Assembly (NCBI GenBank): GCA_958295675.1
Contig: OY282360.1
Span: 125,810-189,809, forward strand
Source of the DNA: Minisyncoccota bacterium
GTDB taxonomy: Bacteria > Patescibacteriota > Minisyncoccia > Phycocordibacterales > JABAAK01
Direction: 5' to 3'
DNA length: 64,000 nt
Each line of letters starts with the position of its first letter. The stretch's first letter is position 1. The position numbers and the translations under genes are program-made. Positions 30,069 to 42,363 of this stretch are shown piece by piece. Under the pieces are notes generated by a model, which saw only the letters and a list, made by a program, of their open reading frames with translations, was not told where the DNA came from and searched no databases.

Positions 30069-30096
30069 GGAGGTGTCGTCTGAGTCAGATCAGTTG

Positions 30097-30738
30097 CTAC
30101 GCGCCGACAACGACTTTCAAGTCGTTGTCGCGAGCAACCCGCAGCAGTTGACCGATGCCATTGACATCGACCAAACCGGCGGATCCAAGAACGGTCACCT
30201 CAGGATGATCTCCGGCGGTCACGAGCACCTGCAACGCATGCCGATCAGCAATGTTGCGTATGGCGGCATAGTCATGCTCGTTGAGAGGCGCCGCGATGAT
30301 GTTCCTGGCCATGAGCATAGGGACATCAAGTTCGGCTGCCAGATCGAGCAATTCGCTAAGGTCGCCGTTGGTCTGCGCTTCGGTATTGTCATGCGCCACC
30401 ACAACGACTTTCAAGTCGTTGTCGCGAGCAACCCGCAGCAGTTGACCGATGCCATTGACATCGACCAAACCGGCGGATCCAAGAACGGTCACCTCAGGAT
30501 GATCTCCGGCGGTCACGAGCACCTGCAACGCATGCCGATCAGCAATGTTGCGTATGGCGGCATAGTCATGCTCGTTGAGAGGCGCCGCGATGATGTTCCT
30601 GGCCATGAGCATAGGGACATCAAGTTCGGCTGCCAGATCGAGCAATTCGCTAAGGTCGCCGTTGGTCTGCGATTCTTCGGCCGCAAAAGCGACGGAACCG
30701 GCGAATGCCAGCGTGAAAATGGCAAGCAATTTGCCCAT
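30097..30738 (-). CDS. secreted protein made of two identical ~98-aa tandem repeats (signal peptide + 2 x repeat), GC-rich
   Basis: N-terminal signal peptide, AAGGAG RBS and a downstream terminator all sit on the minus strand. The plus-strand ORF 30061..30876 is its antisense shadow. Confidence 0.6.
   Translation of the reverse strand: MGKLLAIFTLAFAGSVAFAAEESQTNGDLSELLDLAAELDVPMLMARNIIAAPLNEHDYAAIRNIADRHALQVLVTAGDHPEVTVLGSAGLVDVNGIGQLLRVARDNDLKVVVVAHDNTEAQTNGDLSELLDLAAELDVPMLMARNIIAAPLNEHDYAAIRNIADRHALQVLVTAGDHPEVTVLGSAGLVDVNGIGQLLRVARDNDLKVVVGA
30107..30670. repeat. perfect tandem duplication, 294-bp period (30107-30376 equals 30401-30670)
   Basis: Identity over ~270 bp by direct reading; in-frame with the minus-strand CDS. 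Confidence 0.9.
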
Positions 30739-30923
30739 GAGTGTTTCTCCTTGAAAGAGGGTTTTGAAAGACCAGTTTTAGGAAAGGAAGGTGAAAATAC
30801 GCCTAGCATGGCGGTCTTTTACACCATCCGTTTCCGACTACTAATAAATATAGCACGGGGGGGGATTTGTCAATGACTATATAATATAGTATGGCATGTT
30901 TCAAGAAAAAGACACTGAAAACA

Positions 30924-31409
30924 CTACCTTTTTATACGATTAAACATCCAACCGATAAGGTAGAGGAGGTGTGGTACCGTGACAACCAGAACAACAGAGA
31001 CCTCGCCGGGAACAATACGGGCGAGCAAAATACCGATATTAACGAGGGAGATGATGATAAAAACAATGGCGGCAAGCAATGAATACCATGGTGTATATCG
31101 TTTGATAAAGCCAAGGAGCAGCAGGGGTACGGACACAGCATTTATGACCGCCCAGGCGATATACAATACGGTAACCCACTGCGGTTCATTGCCGACACCC
31201 TGCAGCGCGAGCAGGATGATTATGGCAAGAAAAATCGCAACGACAGAAACGATAATACCAAGCACCCTGATAGTGTCAGTAAGTATTCTATACATACACA
31301 CTATTATACAATATTTTCTAAACTTGTGCCATGGAAACATTTTTCTTGTGAGTTTGTGGGCAGTACGGTATAGTGTTGTATATAAGCAGGAGGTATGACA
31401 GAACAGCAA
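30924..31409 (-). CDS. hypothetical membrane protein (3-4 predicted TM helices); true start probably internal
   Basis: Hydrophobicity only. Confidence 0.35.
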   Translation of the reverse strand: MLFCHTSCLYTTLYRTAHKLTRKMFPWHKFRKYCIIVCMYRILTDTIRVLGIIVSVVAIFLAIIILLALQGVGNEPQWVTVLYIAWAVINAVSVPLLLLGFIKRYTPWYSLLAAIVFIIISLVNIGILLARIVPGEVSVVLVVTVPHLLYLIGWMFNRIKR

Positions 31410-32300
31410 AAAAACATAAAAATAGTGTTTCTCTATGTCGGTATCGCGCTTTCACTTTTCGTTGCGGTTATCTCCGGGTTCTTTACCGCATTCAATGTTA
31501 TTGACTACTTTCTAAGTTCGGAACTTACCTGGTGGCAGTTTGAATACCAAGTATTGGGAACAGGTCCGGTCAGCGCAGCTTTTTTGATCGTTTCATTTTC
31601 GGTGTTGTTTTTCCTTTCACGAATGGTACGCAGAATTGTACTGCCCGACCATCAGAATGTGTGGCATAAGGTTTGTCATATAATCATAATGATTATACTC
31701 ACTCTCGCGTTTTTGGCGATTTTCATATCCGCGGCACTGATTCTAAAAGGATTTTTGAGCGGTGATATTTCATGGGCATTCACGCTGAAGTCAGTTTTCA
31801 CAGCCGGTGTCGGTGCGATGGTATTTTATTACTACCGCGGCATGCTGCGCGGCGTGTGGCGGAATCGAGGTAAGGAGGAGCGAGTATTCGTTTCTTCGGT
31901 GTCGTTGCTCATTGTTCTGCTTGTCGGCAGCACTGTTTGGATTGTGGATCCTATAGATCGTTCGGCAAAACAAAAAACATACAACACACTTGCAGTGATG
32001 AGTAATATGCGTTTCAAAATCAACCTTGATTTTGAGGAAAAGAAACAGTTGCCGAAAAAATTGAGTGAAGATCTTACGGAAAGTGCGATGAATGTACTGT
32101 ACCCGCCGTCGCAGAATATCGGCGACATCAGTTATAAAAAGACCGGATATGCAACATATCAATTGTGCGGTGTGTTTTCCATCGTTCCGCCTGAGTCGGA
32201 AACCGATATTTCCGGTTACCCGTATGACGATTTTCCTGTGACTGAAGTGGGAGAAAATTGTTTTGATTTTGACGCGAAAGAGAAAATAAGCAGGTTTTAA
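31395..32300 (+). CDS. hypothetical membrane protein (N-terminal multi-TM domain plus a soluble C-terminal domain)
   Basis: Hydrophobicity only. Confidence 0.45.
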   Translation: MTEQQKNIKIVFLYVGIALSLFVAVISGFFTAFNVIDYFLSSELTWWQFEYQVLGTGPVSAAFLIVSFSVLFFLSRMVRRIVLPDHQNVWHKVCHIIIMIILTLAFLAIFISAALILKGFLSGDISWAFTLKSVFTAGVGAMVFYYYRGMLRGVWRNRGKEERVFVSSVSLLIVLLVGSTVWIVDPIDRSAKQKTYNTLAVMSNMRFKINLDFEEKKQLPKKLSEDLTESAMNVLYPPSQNIGDISYKKTGYATYQLCGVFSIVPPESETDISGYPYDDFPVTEVGENCFDFDAKEKISRF

Positions 32301-32408
32301 TATATAGAACAGCGCCTGACGACTCTGTGAGATGCTTTATGTATCGTGTGTTTCATACACTAAGGTTATACTTTGTTTTTGGTGGTATTAGTACTATAGT
32401 GAGCATAT

Positions 32409-33986
32409 ATGTTGTTATCTGTCCAATCTCTTGAGAAACGCTACGGATCAGAAGTAGTTTTTAGCGATATTTCATTTACCCTTGATGAAGGGCATAAGGT
32501 GGCGTTGGTCGGAAAAAACGGCGCGGGAAAGAGTACCATCATGAAAATAATTTCCGGCGGAGAAGAGCCGGAAGCCGGCTCGGTAACAGTGACCGGAGGA
32601 AGAAAAATCGCATACCTGCAACAGGAGGTAAAGCAGAGTGACGAACGAACCGGCATTGAATACATTCAGGACGGCATTGATCTGCAGCCGCATCAATTTT
32701 TTCCGATACTTGAGGGGCTCGGTGTACCGCAAAAGGTTGCCGAACAGAAATTAGTTGATATGAGCGGCGGACAGCAGACAAAAATACTATTGACCCGCTT
32801 TTTGTTGGAACCATCCGATATTCTGCTGTTGGATGAACCGACAAACAATCTTGATATACCGTCATTGCTGTGGCTTGAAAGATTCCTTGCATCGTCAAAG
32901 AAGACAATGATTATTATTTCACATGATTTAGTATTTCTGAACACAGTGGCAAACCGGGTGTTTGAACTGAAAGATGGTTCTCTAACTGTGGAGCGCGGCA
33001 CCTACGGTGATTACATTGAACGGAAAAAGAAAGAATTCGCGCGGCAAATGAAGGAGTATGCGCTGTATCTGCAGAAAGTGCGTCAGTTGGAACAGGCAAA
33101 AAGAAATTTACAAAGCAAGGGTGAAAAAATTGACACAATTGAAGCATCTGACAGTGATAAAATGGCGGCAGACGCGGTTCGGGATCGTGCGTCAGCCGGT
33201 CAAAGCGGTGTGAAGGCGATAGAGCGGCGAATACAGCGGCTGGAGAAGGTGGAGAAACCGTTTGAGGAAGATCCGTTTATGCTTAATATCCGCGCACGCA
33301 ATACGGACGGTGATATTGAAATCACAGCCAAGGATGTGGTCGCCGGATACGAAGACGGTGTACACATCGGTCCGGTGTCATTCACAGTAAAAATCGGTAA
33401 TCGTGTATGTATGATGGGCATGAATGGTGCGGGAAAAAGCACGCTTCTGAAGACAATAACAGGAGTGCTGAAACCGCTGGACGGCGCGGTGACCGTCACA
33501 GACGGTGTATTGTTCGGTGACTTGATGCAGCAGCATGAACGGGCAGACCGTGACGAGAAATCCATTGACTTTTTTATACACCAAACCGGCAGTGACCATG
33601 AGCGCGGGATGCACATGCTGAAACAATCAGGTTTTACCGATCAGATGATACAGCAGCGTATTGAGGGACTCTCTTCCGGTATGCGCGCGCGATTACTCTT
33701 TGCTGTGTTCATGGCGTTGGGTGTGAATGTACTGATTCTTGATGAACCGACAAATCATTTGGACATAGAAGCGGTTGCCGCACTGAAGGAAATGTTGAAG
33801 GTGTATACAGGAACGGTATTGTTGGTATCGCACAATCGATGGTTTTTGGAAGAGATGAAGATAGATGTATTCTATGATATTGCCGACGGCTCAGTACAGC
33901 GTATTAAAGATTTTGACGGCTATATCGCTGAGGCAAACACACGCGCGGAACGCATGGTAAAACGACTGAAACGGGTAATCGGATAA
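32409..33986 (+). CDS. ABC-F family ATPase (two tandem ABC domains, no TM domain)
   Basis: Two Walker A motifs (GKNGAGKST, GMNGAGKST), two signature motifs, and an interdomain linker. Confidence 0.85.
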   Translation: MLLSVQSLEKRYGSEVVFSDISFTLDEGHKVALVGKNGAGKSTIMKIISGGEEPEAGSVTVTGGRKIAYLQQEVKQSDERTGIEYIQDGIDLQPHQFFPILEGLGVPQKVAEQKLVDMSGGQQTKILLTRFLLEPSDILLLDEPTNNLDIPSLLWLERFLASSKKTMIIISHDLVFLNTVANRVFELKDGSLTVERGTYGDYIERKKKEFARQMKEYALYLQKVRQLEQAKRNLQSKGEKIDTIEASDSDKMAADAVRDRASAGQSGVKAIERRIQRLEKVEKPFEEDPFMLNIRARNTDGDIEITAKDVVAGYEDGVHIGPVSFTVKIGNRVCMMGMNGAGKSTLLKTITGVLKPLDGAVTVTDGVLFGDLMQQHERADRDEKSIDFFIHQTGSDHERGMHMLKQSGFTDQMIQQRIEGLSSGMRARLLFAVFMALGVNVLILDEPTNHLDIEAVAALKEMLKVYTGTVLLVSHNRWFLEEMKIDVFYDIADGSVQRIKDFDGYIAEANTRAERMVKRLKRVIG

Positions 33987-34046
33987 CCGAAATTATGTAT
34001 AGGTGTTTCACACAATTTCTGCTGTATTCGTGGCACAATATGAACC

Positions 34047-34829
34047 ATGGATATTGCGCAAACTCTTCTTCTCGCACTTGTGCAGGGCATAACAGAATTT
34101 TTGCCCGTTTCCTCATCAGCACACCTTGTACTTGTCTCCGATGTGTGGGGATACGCCGCGCAGTCAGTAGCATTTGATATCGTGCTGCACGGAGCGACAT
34201 TGCTTGCGGCACTGTTATATTTCAGAAAAGATATTCAGACCATAGCGACCGGCGTTATTAAAAGAGATCAGACACAGCAATCATATGCGCTCGCGCTGCT
34301 GTTCGGCACAGTGCCGGTTGTTATAATCGGCATACTTATATACCGCGGTATTGAAGTGTTCCGTGCCGTGCCGGTAATCGGTATAGTCCTCATTCTCTCC
34401 GGCATATTTCTTTTTATTGTCGATCAGTGTGGTAAGCGGGGATGGATTCGGTCGGATACATCATTGTCCCGGAAAGGTTTGTTCATAGGTCTTTTTCAAA
34501 CACTTTCGCTATTGCCGGGTGTATCGCGGTCCGGTATAACAATGGCTGCGGGGCGACTCGTCGGTTTTTCCAGAAAGGAATCAACACGATTTTCTTTTCT
34601 TCTCTCCATTCCTGCTATAACCGGCGCGTTACTATTAGTATCAGCACAGGCAGATATCACATCGTTATCTCTTATCTCAACACTGCCTCTCATTGCCGCC
34701 GCCGTGACAGCATTTTGTGTTGCGTACACGGTCATCCATGGTTTCCTGAAGTTAATTGAACGAATCGGATTCACGCCGTTCTGTGTCTATCAGATTGTTC
34801 TGGGTATCGTGCTTCTGTCAGTGCTTTGA
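34047..34829 (+). CDS. uppP: undecaprenyl-diphosphatase
   Basis: GITEFLPVSSSAHL and PGVSRSG motifs of the BacA/UppP family. Confidence 0.85.
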   Translation: MDIAQTLLLALVQGITEFLPVSSSAHLVLVSDVWGYAAQSVAFDIVLHGATLLAALLYFRKDIQTIATGVIKRDQTQQSYALALLFGTVPVVIIGILIYRGIEVFRAVPVIGIVLILSGIFLFIVDQCGKRGWIRSDTSLSRKGLFIGLFQTLSLLPGVSRSGITMAAGRLVGFSRKESTRFSFLLSIPAITGALLLVSAQADITSLSLISTLPLIAAAVTAFCVAYTVIHGFLKLIERIGFTPFCVYQIVLGIVLLSVL

Positions 34830-34996
34830 TAGTCGCTATCCCCGTACCTCGCTGAGCGTGAGCCACCAATGTGTGGGCGGGGTCTCATCAAGTCCGAATG
34901 GCGGCTCGGTTACCACTACGGAATACAGCCAAAGTGCGGCAATGAATCCTATGAGAATATATGCAATTTTCATATATACTGTATACCACACCAACT

Positions 34997-35069
34997 GCCA
35001 CCTTAGCTCAGCCGGTAGAGCACTCCCATGGTAAGGGAGAGGTCGTCGGTTCAAGTCCGACAGGTGGCT
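34997..35069 (+). tRNA. tRNA-Thr (anticodon GGT)
   Basis: Cloverleaf: GCCACCT acceptor, GCTC/GAGC D-stem, CTCCC-ATGGTAA-GGGAG anticodon arm, GGTTCAAGTCC T-arm. CCA is not encoded. Confidence 0.85.
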
Positions 35070-35088
35070 CAGTGTATACTGGCAGAAT

Positions 35089-36588
35089 ATGGCATCGGAT
35101 CACTACCTCACCAAGACCGACTATATCCACTACCTCCAGTGTCCGAAGTCGCTATGGCTGCTGAAACATAAGCCCAATGTATATCCGCGCGGTGAGTTCA
35201 GTGACTTTTTAAAAAAAATTACCCGGGAAGGGTATGAGGTTGAGAAATACGCGCAGAAATTATTTCCCGGGGGTGTGTCATTGCCACAGAATACAGCCGC
35301 GATTGAAAAAACACGCGATGCGATACATGAAAAAAAATCACCATTGTTTCAGGCGACTTTCCATACAGATGACGGTATGTTTGTCCGGTGTGATGTGTTG
35401 AACCTGCGCAAAGACGGGACATACGATATGTATGAAGTAAAATCATCAACAGATATCAAACGGAGCAAGAAGCATGATCACATCAAAGATGCATGCTTCC
35501 AGATGATCGCGGTTGAGAAAGCAGGATTGACGGTGTGTGATGTGTTCGTTATCCATGTCAATGCTGACTATGTGCGCGGCGAGGAGATAGAGCCGGAAAA
35601 ACTACTGAAGAAGGTTATAGTAACCGACAAGGTGCGGAACATAGAGGAAGAAACAAAATCGGAAGTAGAGCGCGCACTGAAACTGCTCAATGAAAATACG
35701 ATTGATGAGACAGGGTGCGGCTGTTACCGGAAAACAAGAACAAACCACTGCGATGCGTTTGCATATTTCAACGGCACGCCGGAGAAAAAGTCCGTTTGGG
35801 AATTACATCGGGTAAGCGAAAAAAAACTACTGATCCTGCTTGAACGGGGAGTGGAGACACTGTCGGAAGTACCGGACGACATTAATCTCAACACGCTGCA
35901 GTGCCTGCAGGTGCGTTCCGCGGTAGAGAAGCGGCCGATAGTGCTGGATACACGGATAGCGGAAATGCTTGATGAGCTCAAGTTTCCGCTGTATTTCTTT
36001 GACTATGAAACGGTAATGCATGCGGTACCGAGAATGATTGGCATGCGTCCGTGGCAGCAGGTTCCGTTTCAGTACTCCCTGCACATTATGCACGAGGACG
36101 GCACACTGGAACATAAAGAATATGTGAGTGACACACTGCACGATGTGAAAAAAGTGTTTGAATCGCTATGCGACAGTATCGGTCCGGTTGGATCTGTCGT
36201 GTCATGGCATGCGTCATTTGAGCGATCACGGAACAGGGAAATGGGAAACATGTTCCCCGAGCATTGTGACGCTCTGACAAACATCAACGACCGCATGTTT
36301 GATCTTGAGGATGTTTTTAAGGAGGCATATGTTGATGCTGAATTTTGCGGGTCAACATCCATAAAAAAAGTGTTGCCGATCCTATGTCCGCAACTTTCAT
36401 ACACCAATCTGAATATTCAGGACGGTACACAGGCGATGGAGAGGTGGATGAGTATGGTGGACGATACGATTGATAAGTCGACTAAAGATGCCATACGCGA
36501 AGATTTGCTGGCGTACTGTGCATTGGATACATACGCGATGGTGGAATTGTATCGCGCACTGGTTATCCGTACAGAAAGCAGGGTATGA
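35089..36588 (+). CDS. PD-(D/E)xK nuclease-like protein (DUF2779-like)
   Basis: N-terminal YLQCPKSLWL Cas4/RecB-like motif and overall length. Family assignment is from memory and not verified. Confidence 0.45.
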   Translation: MASDHYLTKTDYIHYLQCPKSLWLLKHKPNVYPRGEFSDFLKKITREGYEVEKYAQKLFPGGVSLPQNTAAIEKTRDAIHEKKSPLFQATFHTDDGMFVRCDVLNLRKDGTYDMYEVKSSTDIKRSKKHDHIKDACFQMIAVEKAGLTVCDVFVIHVNADYVRGEEIEPEKLLKKVIVTDKVRNIEEETKSEVERALKLLNENTIDETGCGCYRKTRTNHCDAFAYFNGTPEKKSVWELHRVSEKKLLILLERGVETLSEVPDDINLNTLQCLQVRSAVEKRPIVLDTRIAEMLDELKFPLYFFDYETVMHAVPRMIGMRPWQQVPFQYSLHIMHEDGTLEHKEYVSDTLHDVKKVFESLCDSIGPVGSVVSWHASFERSRNREMGNMFPEHCDALTNINDRMFDLEDVFKEAYVDAEFCGSTSIKKVLPILCPQLSYTNLNIQDGTQAMERWMSMVDDTIDKSTKDAIREDLLAYCALDTYAMVELYRALVIRTESRV

Positions 36589-36597
36589 TAGGAATAT

Positions 36598-37335
36598 ATG
36601 CGCCGTTTCACATATGCTGCACAGGAACAAGAGAGTGCCGAAGGATTCACGCTCATTGAGGTTTTGGTCGCGATTTTAATACTGACTACAGTTGTGTTTG
36701 TGCCGGTGTCTATCATTGCGCAGCATCTTTCGTATAATGTGCTGACTGAGAGGAATGTTCAGGCAAATTTGCTGGCACAAGAAATCATAGAATATGTCCG
36801 ATACTCCCGTGACTCAAACTTGTTGGATGCAACATCGGTCGGATCAGGAACATTACCGGCCGGCGCGTGGTTTGAAGAAATACACGATAAAACTTCGGCG
36901 AGGAATGAGTATCGTTTCTGCATCACCAGTGAATCAGAGTGGGCAGAAAGCGGTCGTGCAAGCAATCCAACGCAGCTTCCATTCTGCGATGTGCTGTGTC
37001 TGGAAAATGCAGTGTGGTCAAGACAAACGGCGATACAGTCGGCGATATGCGGTAATTCAGATGGGTCAACCCCGGACACATCGGATGTGGTGAACGGATT
37101 TGTATCCGGTGTCAGCGCAGTCGCCCGCGCGAGAGGCACCACGCCCGATACATGCGATAACAATTCGGCGAAACCAAATGAAGCATTTACGGCAACCCTA
37201 ACTGTTATTATTCCGCGGCGGACAGATATAGTGCAGTACGCGATGATCAATCCGTGCGTGTCGTGGAAAGACAGAAACGGCAAAGTGCAGAAAGTTGAAC
37301 TTACTGAAACCATGTTTGAATGGGTAGCACGATAA
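36598..37335 (+). CDS. type IV pilin / pseudopilin (prepilin N-terminal methylation motif)
   Basis: G|FTLIEVLVAILIL class-III signal peptide. Confidence 0.75.
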   Translation: MRRFTYAAQEQESAEGFTLIEVLVAILILTTVVFVPVSIIAQHLSYNVLTERNVQANLLAQEIIEYVRYSRDSNLLDATSVGSGTLPAGAWFEEIHDKTSARNEYRFCITSESEWAESGRASNPTQLPFCDVLCLENAVWSRQTAIQSAICGNSDGSTPDTSDVVNGFVSGVSAVARARGTTPDTCDNNSAKPNEAFTATLTVIIPRRTDIVQYAMINPCVSWKDRNGKVQKVELTETMFEWVAR

Positions 37336-37341
37336 TACGGT

Positions 37342-39998
<2,657 letters not shown>

Positions 39999-40064
39999 TA
40001 GAGAATATAGGGGGTATAATAGATAGTAAAATAAGGGTATTGTAAGAATTTTCATACATAATTA

Positions 40065-40094
40065 TTGACAAATTGTCTATAATTATGGTATTAT
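40065..40094 (+). promoter_or_regulatory. sigma70-like promoter (TTGACA-18-TATTAT) in an AT-rich spacer
   Basis: Hexamers read directly; ~50 nt upstream of a GGAG RBS and the ATG at 40146. Confidence 0.45.
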
Positions 40095-40145
40095 ATATAT
40101 TAGAAAGGGGCTATTGTCCCTTAACATTTCAATGAGGAGACAGAA

Positions 40146-40580
40146 ATGGTAGTAAGAGTCGTCGCCACGCACCCGCGGTGGCAAGTTATGAAGATGCTCT
40201 TCGTGAGCATGGTCAATTGGTTCGCCGCTCGACAGCAGCAGCATCAGCAGTGCGAAAATGGTGCCGTAACGGCACCCGCTATCGCTGCGGCACCCGAACC
40301 GGTAACGCCGCCACCGCCACTACCGTACCGTGGGCATGGTAAGACCTGGAAACAGGTCTACCGCGTGTACACGGCACGGCACGGATATCCCGATCGCGCC
40401 ATGGCGTACTTCATCGCCAAGGCAAACAAGGAGTGTTTGCTTGCGATGCTCCGTGACGAGGAGTTGCCGATGGAACATGTGTCCGTGCTCATGACGGACA
40501 GTCGTCCCAAGGTTTGCGTCACAGCTCATATTGTAGCGAATGCCCGCCGGAGCCGGAAGCAATGTGACGGTGCGGTCTAA
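40146..40580 (+). CDS. hypothetical GC-rich protein (orphan)
   Basis: GGAG RBS, its own promoter, and a terminator. ~60% GC versus ~45-50% in its neighbours. Confidence 0.45.
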   Translation: MVVRVVATHPRWQVMKMLFVSMVNWFAARQQQHQQCENGAVTAPAIAAAPEPVTPPPPLPYRGHGKTWKQVYRVYTARHGYPDRAMAYFIAKANKECLLAMLRDEELPMEHVSVLMTDSRPKVCVTAHIVANARRSRKQCDGAV

Positions 40581-40593
40581 AGACCGCACCTCA

Positions 40594-40635
40594 GCCCCAC
40601 CGAAACTAAGTTTCGGTGGGGCTCAACTTTTTCAT
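40594..40635 (+). terminator. rho-independent terminator, preceded by a second stop-codon-spanning hairpin (40571-40588)
   Basis: GCCCCACCGAAAC-TAA-GTTTCGGTGGGGC followed by TCAACTTTTTCAT. Confidence 0.65.
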
Positions 40636-40678
40636 ACGAACCTTGCAGGTCGCACTATATACCGTTATCATACAAACT

Positions 40679-40957
40679 ATGGAACAAGACGATATTTCAC
40701 GGGCAATACATTTATCACTGTTTGAAAAAAGTGATGCGGAACAAAAAGCACTGCACACCGATGTTGAAAAAATACTTTCATTTGTCGCGGATATACAATC
40801 AATTGACACTTCAACAACAGCAGAAACAGCGGCGAAAACAAATATATTCCGTGATGATGTTGTGACTGTGCCTCCCGGTGCATTCCGCGAACAAATACTC
40901 GGTCAGGCACCGAATCGTTTTAAGGACTGGTTTCTTTCAAAAAAGATATTGTCATGA
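40679..40957 (+). CDS. gatC: Asp/Glu-tRNA(Asn/Gln) amidotransferase subunit C
   Basis: ~92 aa and directly upstream of (overlapping) gatA. Carries the IFRDDVV...FKVP-like C-terminal pattern. Confidence 0.7.
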   Translation: MEQDDISRAIHLSLFEKSDAEQKALHTDVEKILSFVADIQSIDTSTTAETAAKTNIFRDDVVTVPPGAFREQILGQAPNRFKDWFLSKKILS

Positions 40958-42351
40958 AGTATGAAGAAGCAACAGCGCAGGATATGCGGCAGGCACTGGA
41001 GGACGGCAGCACAACCGCGACTGACCTCCTGAAAGAAGCGCGCCGAGTGATCCGGGAAAAAGACGATAGTATACACGCATTTGTTGAAGTATTTGATTCA
41101 GCGGATGAAGACGCGCGATTAGCGGATACCATGATACAGGAAAAGCGGGCGACACCGCTGACCGGTATTCCGATTGCCGTAAAGGATAACATCTGCGTGA
41201 AAGGGCGTACCGTCACCGCGGCATCAAAAATGCTGGAAGGATTTGTGTCGCCGTATGATGCGACCGTCATAACGCGGTTACGGGAACAGGGCGCGGTCAT
41301 TGTCGGCAGGACGAATATGGACGAGTTTGCCATGGGTTCCAGCACGGAACACTCAGTATATGGCACAACCTTCAATCCGCATGACACAACCCGCGTCTCC
41401 GGCGGCTCATCCGGCGGCTCAGCGGCAGCGGTCGCCATGGGTGCGGTGCCGCTTGCGCTCGGGTCCGACACCGGCGGTTCCATCCGCCAGCCGGCGAGTT
41501 TCTGCGGCACGGTCGGACTCAAACCGACGTACGGTTCAGTATCCAGACACGGACTCATCGCGCTCGGATCGTCACTGGATGTCATCGGTCCGCTCGCCCG
41601 CACCGCTGACGATGCGGCACTCTTGTATCAGGCGATTAAAGGAGAGAATAAAAAGTACGACAGCACCGCCGATTTATTCGAAGATGCGGCGACTGTCAAA
41701 AACAGCAGGGTGATAGGCGTGCCTGACAATCTTGATGCTGTAGGCGTTTCACAGGAGACGATGGACGCGTTTAACGCGGCACTACAAGCATTACAAGAAA
41801 AAGGATACACGATAGCAAGTGTATCGCTCCCCATAATGGAGCATGCCGGAGCAATTTACTACATCATCCAGCCGGCGGAAGCATCGTCAAACCTCGCTCG
41901 GTTTGACGGCATGCGCTACGGGTTCCACAAGGACGGTGATGATTTGTGGAGTGAATATAGAGAGACACGCAGCGCGGGGTTCGGCGATGAAGTCATGAGA
42001 CGAATCGTTGCCGGCACCTATGTCCTCTCCGCCGGATACTACGATGCGTATTACAGAAAAGCGATGGATGCGCGACGGGCGATGCAGACGGCATTTTCAA
42101 ACGCACTGGAAGAGGTGAGTGTGCTGGCGATGCCCACAACACCGGATACCGCGTTTCCTGAAGGTGCCAGACAGGATCCGATCGCGATGTACGCCGAGGA
42201 CCGCCTGACACTGCAGGCAAACCTTACCGGACTGCCGGCACTGTCCGTACCGATGCACACCGACGGGTTGCCGAGGGGCATACAGTTCATCAGCGGATAC
42301 AACCGCGAAGAAACACTGTTCGCCTGCGCGCGTGATGTGCAGCAGAGGTAA
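40954..42351 (+). CDS. gatA: Asp/Glu-tRNA(Asn/Gln) amidotransferase subunit A
   Basis: Amidase signature GGSSGGSAAAVA and the Ser-cisSer-Lys triad context. Confidence 0.9.
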   Translation: MKYEEATAQDMRQALEDGSTTATDLLKEARRVIREKDDSIHAFVEVFDSADEDARLADTMIQEKRATPLTGIPIAVKDNICVKGRTVTAASKMLEGFVSPYDATVITRLREQGAVIVGRTNMDEFAMGSSTEHSVYGTTFNPHDTTRVSGGSSGGSAAAVAMGAVPLALGSDTGGSIRQPASFCGTVGLKPTYGSVSRHGLIALGSSLDVIGPLARTADDAALLYQAIKGENKKYDSTADLFEDAATVKNSRVIGVPDNLDAVGVSQETMDAFNAALQALQEKGYTIASVSLPIMEHAGAIYYIIQPAEASSNLARFDGMRYGFHKDGDDLWSEYRETRSAGFGDEVMRRIVAGTYVLSAGYYDAYYRKAMDARRAMQTAFSNALEEVSVLAMPTTPDTAFPEGARQDPIAMYAEDRLTLQANLTGLPALSVPMHTDGLPRGIQFISGYNREETLFACARDVQQR

Positions 42352-42363
42352 TGCAGCCGCAAA

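Noticed and set aside
30061-30876. Plus-strand 271-aa ORF across the tandem duplication
   Set aside because: The minus-strand reading has a signal peptide, an AAGGAG RBS and a downstream hairpin + T-run terminator. The plus-strand ORF is its mirror image.
34836-35054. Minus-strand 72-aa ORF
   Set aside because: It overlaps tRNA-Thr (34997..35069) and has no support.
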